Source: an uncultured delta proteobacterium
GTDB lineage: Bacteria; Desulfobacterota; RBG-13-43-22
Length of the DNA: 64,000 nt
Direction: 5' to 3'
Assembly: GCA_963843145.1 (NCBI GenBank)
Contig: CAWJJC010000023.1
Coordinates: 1-64,000 of the forward strand
In this document: piece by piece, positions 9,686 to 20,280 of the stretch
Layout of the letters: every line of letters starts with the position of its first letter
Numbering within the stretch: the first letter of the stretch is position 1
Notes under the pieces: generated by a model
Databases searched by the model: none
Told to the model about the DNA's origin: nothing
Seen by the model: the letters and a program-made list of their open reading frames with translations, nothing else
Made by a program: the position numbers and the translations under genes

Positions 9686-10854
9686 ACTGCTTCTCCTTGA
9701 AACCCCATATCGGGGGCATGAAATATTATTTCCTCCGTCTGTTTCAGGAACTGCTGACCCACGACCGGAACAACGAATATATTTTTTTTTATTCCCAAGA
9801 AAACCTGGCGGAACTGCGGAAGCTTGAAGGGACGACTTGGGAGCGAACGGCCATCCGTCTTGAGGACGAGGGGGAAATCAAATACCATCTGCGCGGGGTG
9901 GACCTTTATTTTTGCCCCCTTTTTATTTTATGGCCCCGGCCTGTGCTCTGCCCCACGGTCGTCACTATTCCGGATATCCAGGAGGTTTTTTACCCCCAAT
10001 TTTTTTCCACTACCGAGCGCGCCATCCGGGCCCACCATTATTCGGAATCCATGCGTCTCGCGGACCGGGTAGTCACCATCTCCTCATTTTCGAAAAAGAC
10101 TTTTATCGACCGGCACCGCATCCCGCCGGAAAAAATAACGGTGGCCTATCCCTGTCCGGATCATCGATATCTTGACGCCGCCCGCTTTGCCCGAGATCCC
10201 GGTCTTCCTTTGGATCCCAAGGGCTTTTTGCTTTATCCGGCCAACAACTGGCCGCACAAGAACCATGAAACCCTGCTGCGGGCACTAGTCTGGCTAAAAA
10301 AAGAACGGAACCTGGAAGTACCTGTGGTCTTTACCGGGACGCAATTGGCGGACGGATACCCGCTTCAACAAAGAATTGCTCATTTCGGCCTATCGGAGCA
10401 ATGCAGTCTCTTCGATTATCTGACCACGGAAGAAATGGCTTATTTGTATCTCCAGGCCAGGGGGCTGATCTTCCCCTCGCTATTTGAAGGTTTCGGCCTT
10501 CCCCTGGTGGAAGGGATGGCGGCCGGATGTCCGGTGTTGTCCTCCGACGCCGCCTCCTTGCCCGAAATCGGAGGGGATGCGGTGACTTATTTTGCACCCG
10601 GCTCCCCCAAAGCCATCGGGAAAGCGGTGGAGTCCTTCTGGCAGGACGAAGACCGACGGAAGGCCCTGGCGGTCAAAGGCCGGGAACGAGCCCGCCTCTT
10701 TTCGGCGGCAGGGTTTGCCCGGTCGCACCTCGAGGCCTTTGCCGCGGCCGAAAAGGCGTTCCGGAAGACCCGCTACCTGAAACAGGCCCTGCGCTATTCC
10801 AAGGCCGGGCGGCGGATCGCATCCCTATCGTCGCGGTTTTTAAGAGAGATCTAA
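9670..10854 (+). CDS. GT4 glycosyltransferase
   Basis: WPHKNH, FPSLFEGFGLPLVEGMAAGCPV. Confidence 0.9.
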   Translation: MRVGVNCFSLKPHIGGMKYYFLRLFQELLTHDRNNEYIFFYSQENLAELRKLEGTTWERTAIRLEDEGEIKYHLRGVDLYFCPLFILWPRPVLCPTVVTIPDIQEVFYPQFFSTTERAIRAHHYSESMRLADRVVTISSFSKKTFIDRHRIPPEKITVAYPCPDHRYLDAARFARDPGLPLDPKGFLLYPANNWPHKNHETLLRALVWLKKERNLEVPVVFTGTQLADGYPLQQRIAHFGLSEQCSLFDYLTTEEMAYLYLQARGLIFPSLFEGFGLPLVEGMAAGCPVLSSDAASLPEIGGDAVTYFAPGSPKAIGKAVESFWQDEDRRKALAVKGRERARLFSAAGFARSHLEAFAAAEKAFRKTRYLKQALRYSKAGRRIASLSSRFLREI

Positions 10855-10913
10855 ACTTTTGTAAACCCTGTTGCCATTAATCAGACAAATCCAAATGAGG
10901 AGGTCTTTAAACC

Positions 10914-12320
10914 ATGAAGTTTGTCCATAAACCCTTTATTGATAACCACCGACGTCGTTTGTTTTTTTTCGGTTTTATCTCGGTCATTCTGTTGCTTGTA
11001 CCGGGAACTTTTCGGCCGGCGTCGGCCCAGAGCTCGCCTTTTGGAAATTTTCTTTATCTCCCCTTACTTTCGCGCGATTCCATTGCCACCCCATATCCCA
11101 TTTTCGGCGTGCATATTGAAGCCGCCATCAATACCGGCTCCGGACTGCCGGAAGCGGTTCAGGGAGGCGATTATTGGGTCCGCTTCGAGGCCTTCGACTG
11201 GGACCGGATCGAGCCGGTACCAAGCGCCCCCCCGGCCTACCACTGGGAAACGGTCGATGAAACCAGCCTCCGCAACGCTTCCCAGAACGGATTAAACCTG
11301 ATAGCCATTGTAAAATATACCCCGGCCTGGGCCCAAAAATATCCCGGCTCGACCTGCGGTCCGATAAAGAGCGAGGCCTTTGGCCAGTGGGCGGATTTTT
11401 TGTATTCTCTGGTAAATCGGTATAAAAACCCCCCCTACAATATCAAATTCTGGGAACTGGGGAACGAACCGGATACGCCGGTTTGGTACACTAAAAGCGT
11501 CTTCGGCTGCTGGGGAGATACCAACGACCCCTATTTCGGAGGGGAATTTTACGCGCAGATGCTCAAGGCGGCCTACCCGGCCATCAAAGCGGCCGATCCG
11601 CAGGCCCAGGTCCTGGTCGGCGGCCTGCTGTTGGACAATCCGGATGTAGTCACGAACAACACCGCCCGTTTCCTCGAAGGAATTCTGCGCGGGGGTGGGG
11701 GACCTTTTTTCGATGCCGTCAGTTTCCACAGCTATTCCTATCCCGGGGGCGCTGCCGGCCAGATGAGCAACTCGAATTGGCCCGGTTCGGTTACCACTAT
11801 CCCGGAAAAAACATTTTTTATCAAAGACGTCCTGAACCGTTATGGTCAGGGGTACAAAACCTTGATGAATACCGAGGCCGCCCTGTATTGCGATAATGAA
11901 TCTCCCGAATGCCTGAAGACGCAGGCGGTCTTTGCCGCCAGGGCCTTTGTCGAGGGCCTGGCCTTGCGCCTTCAGAGTGTAGTCTATTATGCCATGAAGA
12001 ATAACTATCGCGGTCTGGGCCTGCTCCGGGATGACGGCACTCCCCGACCTGCCTACCTGGCCTTTAAGACTGCTTCCTCTTTTCTGGCGAAAGCCCGCTA
12101 CCTCCGACCGGCCGCAGGCTATCCGGCCGGGATAGTCGGGCATTCCTTCCTTACTTCTCAGAACACCCCTTTGGATGTCATTTGGTCGGCGGAGGGGACC
12201 GGGATAACGGTCCTCCTTCCTCCAGGATCGTCGGCCTTTGACTACAATGGAAATCCCCTGGCTCCGGCCGCCGGGGCCGTCACCGTCGATTACGGACCGG
12301 TTTACATTCAGCGGTCATAA
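10914..12320 (+). CDS. Secreted clan GH-A glycoside hydrolase (GH5/GH39-like), paralogue 1
   Basis: Signal peptide, WELGNEPD (acid/base), SFHSY, NTEAA (nucleophile). Confidence 0.75.
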   Translation: MKFVHKPFIDNHRRRLFFFGFISVILLLVPGTFRPASAQSSPFGNFLYLPLLSRDSIATPYPIFGVHIEAAINTGSGLPEAVQGGDYWVRFEAFDWDRIEPVPSAPPAYHWETVDETSLRNASQNGLNLIAIVKYTPAWAQKYPGSTCGPIKSEAFGQWADFLYSLVNRYKNPPYNIKFWELGNEPDTPVWYTKSVFGCWGDTNDPYFGGEFYAQMLKAAYPAIKAADPQAQVLVGGLLLDNPDVVTNNTARFLEGILRGGGGPFFDAVSFHSYSYPGGAAGQMSNSNWPGSVTTIPEKTFFIKDVLNRYGQGYKTLMNTEAALYCDNESPECLKTQAVFAARAFVEGLALRLQSVVYYAMKNNYRGLGLLRDDGTPRPAYLAFKTASSFLAKARYLRPAAGYPAGIVGHSFLTSQNTPLDVIWSAEGTGITVLLPPGSSAFDYNGNPLAPAAGAVTVDYGPVYIQRS

Positions 12321-12374
12321 TCCTATGCCGGTGCAGAGACACGCTTTCCTGAAAATCAAAAGCCGAAGGAGCCC

Positions 12375-13838
12375 TTGAGGATGACGGACTTGCCCAGGAA
12401 TATGTTAGCCCTCCACAGATGGAGGTTATTTACGGGTTGTTCGCCCCTTGGGGTCGGATTATTCTTTGGCCTGATCTTGTTCGCCGGATTAGGGCAACCG
12501 GCCGGGGCCAGGGAAATCGTTGGTCCGAATTCCAAGCCGTCTCGTCTCCCTACCAGCACCCATAATTATATCTACCCGCAATCGATCTTCGGCGCCCAAA
12601 TGAACGGTGTTATCGACCAGTCGCAGGGGCTTTCTCAGGCACTGAACAGCCGGGTTTACTGGGTGAGGTTTGACGCCTTCGATTGGGACCGGATCGAACC
12701 GCTACAAACCGTTCCCCCCACCTTTCGGTGGGAACACGTTGCTGAAGATAGCCTGGTCCGGGCGGCTCAAAATGGCCTCAAGGTCATTGCTGTGGTCAAA
12801 TACACTCCGGGTTGGGCACAGAAATACCCCGGCTCACCCTGTGGCCCGATAAAAAGCACTGCCTTCTCCGGGTTCGCCAAGTTTTTAACCGCAGCGGTGA
12901 ATCGTTATAAATCCTCCCCCTATAACATCAAATACTGGGAATTGGGGAATGAGCCGGATACGCCGGTCTGGTACAGTAAAAGTGTTTTCGGCTGCTGGGG
13001 AGAAGTCAGCGATCCCTATTTCGGGGGGGAATACTACGCGCAGATGCTCAAAGCGGCTTACCCGGCTATAAAAGCGGCCGATCCCCAAGCCCAGGTTCTG
13101 ATCGGCGGCCTGATGCTGGACAACCCGGGGAAAGACACGAAAAATTCTTCACGGTTCCTCGAAGGAATCCTGCGCGGCGGCGGGGGCCCTTTTTTCGATG
13201 TGGTCAGCTTCCATAGCTATTCTTATTTTTGGGGGAAAGTCGGCCAGATGAGCAACCGGAATTGGCCTGGTTCCTTTACCGGTATCCCGGAAAAAACGTT
13301 ATTTATCAAAGACGTCCTGAGCCGCTATGGTCTGGTGGACAAACCCTTAATGATTACCGAAGCGGCCCTTCATTGTGACATTGAAACTCCCGAATGTCTT
13401 AAAACACAAGGGGTTTTTGCAACCCGGGCCTATATCGACGGTCTGGCCTTAGGGCTTCAAAGCGTTGTTTATTATTCCATGAGGAATGATTATCGCGGAC
13501 TGGGTCTGATCCGACAGAATTTTACACTCCGGCCGGCCTACCAAGCCTATAAAACAGCTTCCTCCTTCCTGACGAAGGCCCGCTATCTCCGGCCGGCCAC
13601 CGGCTATCCGAGTGGAATAGCCGGGCATTCCTTCTTATCTTTTTCTTATACCCCTCTGGACATAATTTGGTCAGTGGACGGGACGGGGAAAACGGTCCCG
13701 CTCCCTCCAGGATCTTCGGCCCTCGACATCAACGGAACCCCCCTTTTTCCCGTCGGAGGGAAAATCACCGTCGATTACGGACCGGTTTACATTTTAAAAA
13801 ATAAAGGATACGACCCCAAAGGGGCCGGTATTGGATAA
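12375..13838 (+). CDS. Secreted clan GH-A glycoside hydrolase, paralogue 2
   Basis: Hydrophobic N-terminus, WELGNEPD, SFHSY, ITEAA. Colinear with paralogue 1. Start uncertain. Confidence 0.75.
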   Translation: MRMTDLPRNMLALHRWRLFTGCSPLGVGLFFGLILFAGLGQPAGAREIVGPNSKPSRLPTSTHNYIYPQSIFGAQMNGVIDQSQGLSQALNSRVYWVRFDAFDWDRIEPLQTVPPTFRWEHVAEDSLVRAAQNGLKVIAVVKYTPGWAQKYPGSPCGPIKSTAFSGFAKFLTAAVNRYKSSPYNIKYWELGNEPDTPVWYSKSVFGCWGEVSDPYFGGEYYAQMLKAAYPAIKAADPQAQVLIGGLMLDNPGKDTKNSSRFLEGILRGGGGPFFDVVSFHSYSYFWGKVGQMSNRNWPGSFTGIPEKTLFIKDVLSRYGLVDKPLMITEAALHCDIETPECLKTQGVFATRAYIDGLALGLQSVVYYSMRNDYRGLGLIRQNFTLRPAYQAYKTASSFLTKARYLRPATGYPSGIAGHSFLSFSYTPLDIIWSVDGTGKTVPLPPGSSALDINGTPLFPVGGKITVDYGPVYILKNKGYDPKGAGIG

Positions 13839-13858
13839 CCCCTGGAAGTGAGGAACTC

Positions 13859-15268
13859 TTGAGAATGAATGACCCGTTAAAAAAAATTTTCGGACTCCGC
13901 GGGTGGGGGTTATTGGCTTGCATGACCTACTTTTTTTTGATCTATGCCGGTGGAATTCCCGATTTGTGGGCCAGGACCCCGGGAAAAAAACCAACCCAAT
14001 CTTCCCACTGGTCTTCCTCTTCTAAAAAACAAATTCCCACCACCTCCATTTTCGGGGTACAAATAAACGGTCCCATTGATAACGACCAAGGGTTGCAGCA
14101 GGCCGTATCCGCAAGGGCGCACTGGATTCGCTTCGACGCTTTTGATTGGGACCGCATCGAACCGAAACCGACCTCTCCCGCGACCTATCATTGGGAAGAG
14201 GTTGACGAAGCCAGCCTGCTGAAAGCCGTTGGGAACGGATTGGAGATAATCGCCGTGGTCAAATATGTACCCGGGTGGGCCCAAAAATATCCGGGTTCGG
14301 GCTGTGGTCCTATTCACAGTGAAGCCCTGGGTCGATTTGGCAAATTTTTGTCTTCCCTGGTCAACCGCTACAAGAAACCACCCTACAACATCAAATACTG
14401 GGAACTGGGGAATGAGATCGACGCTCCGCGCGTAGAAGCCCGGAGCGTCTTCGGTTGTTGGGGGGATGGGAGCGACCCTTATTTCGGCGGAGAATACTAC
14501 GCCCAAATGCTTAAAGCGGCCTATCCAGCCATCAAAGCGGCCGATCCCCAAGCCCAAGTGCTACTCGGCGGATTGCTCTTGGACAATCCCAACAAAATCC
14601 CTAATACGATGGCTCGCTTTTTCGAAGGGGTACTGCGAGGCGGCGGAGGTCCTTTTTTTGACTGGGTAAACTTCCATTCCTACTCTTACTTCACCGGGGT
14701 CCCCGGCCTGCTCTATAATCCTAACTGGCCTGGCTCACCCACATCCCTTCCTGAAAAAATAGCTTTTCTTAAAACCATCCTCAACCGCTACGGTTGGGGA
14801 AATAAGCCGCTGATCAATACCGAGGCCGCCCTTTATTGCGACGTCGATACCGATCCCTGTTTTGAAACCCAGGCGGTGTATGTGGCCAAAGCCTACGCCG
14901 AGGGAATCGCCCTGGGCTTGCAGGGAATGGTCTATTATGCCTTAAAAAGCGAGCATCGCCTCACCGGCCTGCTCCGGCCGGACAACAGCCCCCGGCCTTC
15001 CTACCTGGCCTTTAAAACCGCGGCCGCCTTTTTGACCCTCGCCCGCTACCGCGGTCCAGTTACCGGGTACCCGGGTGGGATCTTCGGGCACTCCTACTGG
15101 GATCAGGGGGGAGCCTCTATCGACGTAATCTGGTCCACGGATGGCACCCCGCAATCAGTTCCCCTGCCCTCCAGGGCCATGGCCTTTGACCGTTACGGAA
15201 CCCCGCTCCCGAGGTCAGACGATAAAATTACGGTCGATTACGGCCCGGTATATGTTCAAAAACCTTAA
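13859..15268 (+). CDS. Secreted clan GH-A glycoside hydrolase, paralogue 3
   Basis: Hydrophobic N-terminus, WELGNEID, NFHSY, NTEAA. Colinear with paralogues 1 and 2. Confidence 0.75.
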   Translation: MRMNDPLKKIFGLRGWGLLACMTYFFLIYAGGIPDLWARTPGKKPTQSSHWSSSSKKQIPTTSIFGVQINGPIDNDQGLQQAVSARAHWIRFDAFDWDRIEPKPTSPATYHWEEVDEASLLKAVGNGLEIIAVVKYVPGWAQKYPGSGCGPIHSEALGRFGKFLSSLVNRYKKPPYNIKYWELGNEIDAPRVEARSVFGCWGDGSDPYFGGEYYAQMLKAAYPAIKAADPQAQVLLGGLLLDNPNKIPNTMARFFEGVLRGGGGPFFDWVNFHSYSYFTGVPGLLYNPNWPGSPTSLPEKIAFLKTILNRYGWGNKPLINTEAALYCDVDTDPCFETQAVYVAKAYAEGIALGLQGMVYYALKSEHRLTGLLRPDNSPRPSYLAFKTAAAFLTLARYRGPVTGYPGGIFGHSYWDQGGASIDVIWSTDGTPQSVPLPSRAMAFDRYGTPLPRSDDKITVDYGPVYVQKP

Positions 15269-15271
15269 CCC

Positions 15272-17137
15272 ATGCACCGAACTGTACCCAGGCGCCCCTT
15301 AATCAGCGTCATCATCCCCACCCAAAACCGGGCGGAACTTCTGGACCAGTCGCTTCGAAGTTTCACCCGACAGACACTGAACCAGGCGCTGTTTGAGATC
15401 ATAGTAGTGGACGATGGCTCCACTGATTCCACCCGGCAGGTCATAGCGTCATGGGAAAACCATTTGCCGGTCCGAACCTTTTTTCAGCCACGAGCCGGGA
15501 TTGCCGCGGCTAAGAATCAGGGTATCTCCGCCGCTGCCGCTCCCCTCCTGCTTTTTTTTGATGATGACGACCTGGCCTCTCCGGGTTTACTGAAAGCGCA
15601 TCTTAAAAGCCACCAAAACCATCCGGCGGAAACCGTTGCCGTCCTGAATTACACTATCTGGCAACCCGGTTTAAAAATCACCCCCCTGATGCATTTCATC
15701 ACCCATGAAGGGGGGTTGCTTTTCAGTTACCCCCAGATTCGGCACGGCCAGTTCTTGGATTTTACTTTTTTCTGGGGCGGGAGGGCCTCGTGCAAAAAAA
15801 GCCTGCTGACCCGCTACGGAGTGTTCAATCCCGACTTCCGCTTCGGCAACGAAGACGTGGAACTGGGATATCGATTGGCGCCTCAGGGGTTTCAGGTAAT
15901 TTTCAACCGCAAGGCCGTCAGCTTTATGAACCGGCCGGTGACTTTGGACGATTTTGTGGACCGGTGCCTCAAACAAGGAAAGGCCAATTTCATCTGGGGG
16001 ACCGGGAGCGACGATCCCTGGGTGCGGGAATGGTGCCTGTTGACCCACATCAACCAGGAGGCTGCCGGGAATAAGGCCCATTATGATGCTCTACTGGACT
16101 ATACCCGAAAGCTGGACCACCTGGCCAACGAACAGATCGCCCAAGGCCTCCCCTTAAGCCTCGAATTTCAGAAAACCCTGTTCGAGGCTTACGGAGAGAC
16201 TTTTCGGGCCTGTAAAATCAAAGGGGCTACCTTGGAGCGGGGTATCCGGGGCCCTTCCGGAAATGCAAAACTGACCAAATCATTTCTGATCGATCAAATT
16301 CCCCAGGACTTCAAAGTCGTGGCCGTTATCTGCGCTTTTAACGAAGAGGATCTGATTTATCACAGTTTGCGCCACTTGATTGAAAACGGCGTAGCGGTCT
16401 ATCTGCTGGACCATCACTCCACCGACCGCACGGTCGAAGAGGCTTCCCGCTGGCTGGGGCAAGGGCTCCTGCACATCGAGAAGTTTCCGGAAGAAAGCGG
16501 CTTCTCCGAAAAATACCAGTCGATTTTTTCATTGGGATTAATCACCCAACGGGTGGAGCAGCTCCACCGGGAACTGGGCGCCGATTGGGTTATGCACTAC
16601 GACGCCGATGAATTTCGGGAATCCCCCTGGCCGGGGATGAACCTGCAGGAAGCCTTCCGCCTGGTGGATACCTTGGGATTCAATGCCGTAAATTTTGAGT
16701 ATCTGAACTTCTGGCCCACGGAGAATAATTATCTCCCCGGGCAGGATGTTCGGGATTTCCTTCATTACTATGAACCGGCCACGGAGCTGGACAAACCTCG
16801 CATCAACGCCTGGAAGAATTTTGGCCAGCCTATTGACTTAACCACCTTTATGGGCCACAAAGTTTGTTTCCAGGGGTTAAAGGTTTTTCCACTACAGTTC
16901 ATCAACCGGCATTACCGCATCCGAAGCCAGGAACACGGGCAGAAAAAAGTCTTCCAAGAGCGAAAAAATCGTTTTGATCCGACAGAAAAATCGGCGGGTA
17001 GCCACCTCCATTACGACGGGTTGAATCCGGAATTTAATTTTATCAAAGACAAAAAGGAACTGTGCTTGTATGATGCGGCTCGGGTCAGGAAAGAACTCTG
17101 GTTTAAGTCGGCCTTCAATGCGGGCAAGTACCGCTGA
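15272..17137 (+). CDS. Two-domain GT2 glycosyltransferase
   Basis: Domain 1: ISVIIPT..VVDDGSTD..FFDDDD. Domain 2: VICAFNEED..DHHSTD..HYDADEF. Confidence 0.85.
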   Translation: MHRTVPRRPLISVIIPTQNRAELLDQSLRSFTRQTLNQALFEIIVVDDGSTDSTRQVIASWENHLPVRTFFQPRAGIAAAKNQGISAAAAPLLLFFDDDDLASPGLLKAHLKSHQNHPAETVAVLNYTIWQPGLKITPLMHFITHEGGLLFSYPQIRHGQFLDFTFFWGGRASCKKSLLTRYGVFNPDFRFGNEDVELGYRLAPQGFQVIFNRKAVSFMNRPVTLDDFVDRCLKQGKANFIWGTGSDDPWVREWCLLTHINQEAAGNKAHYDALLDYTRKLDHLANEQIAQGLPLSLEFQKTLFEAYGETFRACKIKGATLERGIRGPSGNAKLTKSFLIDQIPQDFKVVAVICAFNEEDLIYHSLRHLIENGVAVYLLDHHSTDRTVEEASRWLGQGLLHIEKFPEESGFSEKYQSIFSLGLITQRVEQLHRELGADWVMHYDADEFRESPWPGMNLQEAFRLVDTLGFNAVNFEYLNFWPTENNYLPGQDVRDFLHYYEPATELDKPRINAWKNFGQPIDLTTFMGHKVCFQGLKVFPLQFINRHYRIRSQEHGQKKVFQERKNRFDPTEKSAGSHLHYDGLNPEFNFIKDKKELCLYDAARVRKELWFKSAFNAGKYR

Positions 17138-17153
17138 AAGCCGGGAACCTTCC

Positions 17154-17450
17154 ATGGACGACCAAGAAAACAGGCTTCTCGAAGATTTAATAGCGGAACT
17201 GCAGGAAACCGTTCAAACCCAGAAGAGGATTATCGAAAACCTGCAGGAGGTCATCAAAGCCCGAGACATGGATCTCACGATGTTGGAGAATACCGTCCAA
17301 GTGAAAGAAATCGCCATCCAGAACCTGTATAGTTCTCGGACCTGGAAGACCCTGTCCGGGTTATTCCAGTCGGTCAATCGACTGCTGCCTCCTAATTCCA
17401 GAAGACGGAAAATGGCCGGCAAGATCTTTCCCCGGTCGTTTATCTCCTGA
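17154..17450 (+). CDS. Small coiled-coil protein (glycan-locus linker or ruler type)
   Basis: Heptad-rich helix ending in LYSSRTWK plus a basic tail. Could be a frameshifted tail of the upstream GT. Confidence 0.55.
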   Translation: MDDQENRLLEDLIAELQETVQTQKRIIENLQEVIKARDMDLTMLENTVQVKEIAIQNLYSSRTWKTLSGLFQSVNRLLPPNSRRRKMAGKIFPRSFIS

Positions 17451-17549
17451 TTTATCCAAAGCACTTTAATCGACCGCCATGGCCTCCTATCATCCGCTAT
17501 TCGGGTCCTTCCTTTTTCCAGCGATCTTTCCCCTCCGGAATCCAGTCTA

Positions 17550-20262
17550 ATGATTCACTACCGAAAAGCCGAAGGGGTGCGCGTCTCCCCCCTCGGGAGG
17601 CGGCCTGTCTTCGTTACCCCCCAGGGCGGCCGGATCGCCAGCGATTCGCACTTGGCAGCCTTCTGGGAAGGGGTCGACGGTCGCAGTCTGGAAGAGATCC
17701 TGAATCAGGGCCGCGCGTCCGGTGATTCCCGGCCGGAGATCTTGGCCTCCTTGGCCTGCCTGGCCGAGGCCGGCCTGATCCGGCGGGAGCCGTCCCTGGA
17801 AACCTGGAAACAGAAACCGCCTTTTGGTTTGGGTCCCTTGGTTTCCGTGGTCATTGTCAGCTTCAACAGCCGCGAGTGGCTGGTCGATTGCCTCCCTTCG
17901 CTGGCTCGGCAGAATTATTCTCCCCTGGAAATCATCGTGGTGGACAACGGATCGAGCGATGATACCTGCCCCTGGCTTCAAAACCATCATCCGGAGGTTA
18001 AAGCCCACCGTCTGGAAAAATCCGGGGCCCTGTCGCAGGCGATTAACTTCGGTGTGGCCCGGGCCCGGGGAGACTATTTCCTCCTCCTCAATCCCGACCT
18101 CCTCCTCGACCCCGAGGCTATTTACCACCTGGTGGAAATCGCCCGGCAGGATCCGGCCTGCGCCGCCGTGGCCGCCAAATTGAAATTGTGGTGGGCGCCG
18201 GCTTTTTTGAACGGTTTGGGTAATTACGTGGGGCCTTTTTCCTGGGGAACGGATATCGGCCTCGGGCATCTGGACCTTGGACAGTTTGACCATTGGGAAG
18301 AAATCCCTTCGGCCTGCTTCGCCGCCACCCTGATCCCTCGTTCGGCCTGGGATAAAGTCGGCCCCCTGGATGAAGGATTTCCCCTTTATTATGAGGATTC
18401 CGAGTGGTGCTACCGGGCCCGTTCTTTAGGCTTGATGATCCGTCCGGCCCCCCTGGCCGTGGCTCTTCATGCCTTCGGCGGACGCCGACCCTCCGGTCAA
18501 GCCGATCCTTTAACCCCGCGCAAGCTGGAACGGGTGGCCTATGGGCGGCTGCGGTTTGCCTCTAAACTAGCCGATAAATCATTGCCCCGGTTTCTGCGCA
18601 ATTACGCCCTGGAGGACCTGCTGAACGGCACCCGGGCTGTCTGCCGATTCAAGTGGCCCCTGCTTCAGGCCTACGGGCGCGCCTGGTTAAAATTTTCCCG
18701 GGAATGGCCCGGACTTCGATCGATTCGCGCCCAGGCCCTGGCCGAGCGGAGGCTTCCCGACGAAGCGCTTTTTAAGACCCCGGTCGGAGCTGCCGCCAAC
18801 CTTGATTTGGAACGGCCTGCCGGAACTTTCCTGGGACCGGATCCGAACCATCTATCTGCCTTTGATCCAATCCAAAAGGACACGCCCTATGCCCGAATTC
18901 TCCCCTGTGTTTAATCAACTCCCCCTGCTGATTGTCAGCCACGACCTGGTGGATACCAAAATGGCCGGTCCCGGCATACGATACCTGGAGATGGCCAAGG
19001 CCCTGCAGCGACTGGGCCTGGAAGTCACCCTGGCCATCCCTGGGAAAACCAGCCTGGAGCAGTCGGAGGTCCCTTTAGTCACCTACGAGGAGGCCCGACC
19101 GGACGGCCTTAAAGTGCTGGTAGAAAACCACGAGACGACGTTGATCTCCGGATACCTGATAAAAAAATTCCCTTTCTTGGAACAGAGCCGTTCCCGTTTG
19201 GTGGTGGACTTATACGATCCGATCGTCCTGGAAAACCTGTATTATTATTTAAAGGAACCCCTTAAAAATCAGGAAATCATGAATAACCAGGCCGTTTCCG
19301 TGACCAATGCCTTAGCCCGGGTCGGCGATTTTTTTATCTGTGGTAACGAACGGCAGCGTGACTACTGGATCGGGCTGCTGACCGCCAACCAGCGGGTCAA
19401 TCCCCGGAACTTCGCCGAGGACTCCAGCTTGCGTCGGCTGATCGATGTGGTCGGAGTGGGACTACCCGACCGGGAACCCCGGCCTCATCCCCTGGTTCGC
19501 GGCCTCCATCCGGCAGTACCCTCGAACGCCCGCCTGGTCCTCTGGGGAGGAGGAATCTGGAACTGGCTGGATCCCCTGACGCTGGTTCAGGCCTGGCCCG
19601 AAGTGCTGAAAGAGCACCCGGAGGCCCGGTTGATATTTTTAGGCACCCGACACCCCAACCCTCAGGTCCCGGTTCATGAGATGGCGGAAAGAACGCAGCG
19701 GCTGGCCGCCGAAGTCGGCGAAAAAGACAAAACCATCCTCTTTTTTGAATGGTTGTCCTATGAAGACCGGGAAGCCCTGCTCTGCGAAGCCGATATCGGC
19801 GTCACCCTGCACCCGGTCCACTTGGAAACCCGCTACTCCATCCGCACCCGCGTTCTGGATTACATCTGGGCCCGGTTGCCCATCCTGATCACCGAAGGGG
19901 ATGTGACCAGTGAATGGGTCCGCCAGGAGGATTTAGGCGCCGTGGTCCCACCTTTTAATCCCGAGGCGGTATCCCAAGGACTGAACCGCATTCTGGATCA
20001 GCCGAAAGACTATTGGTCCTCCCGGTTTGTCACCCTCCGGGAAACCCTGTCCTGGTCCTCGGTAGTCCGCCCCCTCCACCGCTATTGTCTGGAAGGCGGC
20101 TACGCCCCGGATCGAGTGGCAGGGAGGGCTTCCTCCCTGTTGAGCCTTGATAAAGGGATGACCCCTCTTTCTCGAGCCCTGGTTATCTGGCGTTCCGAAG
20201 GGGCCCAGGTCTTATGGCATCGAGGCCTACGCTATCTGCAATGGCGCTTCTCCAGGAGCTGA
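17550..20262 (+). CDS. PqqD-like/GT2/GT4 fusion glycosyltransferase (frameshift at C4 run 18778-18781)
   Basis: VSVVIVSFNS, VVDNGSSD, LLNPD, YYEDSEWC, then a GT-B domain in the overlapping frame. Deleting one C gives FKTRSELPPTLIWNGLPEL. Confidence 0.75.
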
Positions 20263-20280
20263 TCCCGAAAGATCCCGGCC

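Noticed and set aside
11292-14557. Long antisense ORFs (283 aa and 215 aa) within the GH genes
   Set aside because: They are shadows of GC-biased coding strands with no recognisable motifs. The same applies to 17547-18293, 30870-31658 and similar ORFs.
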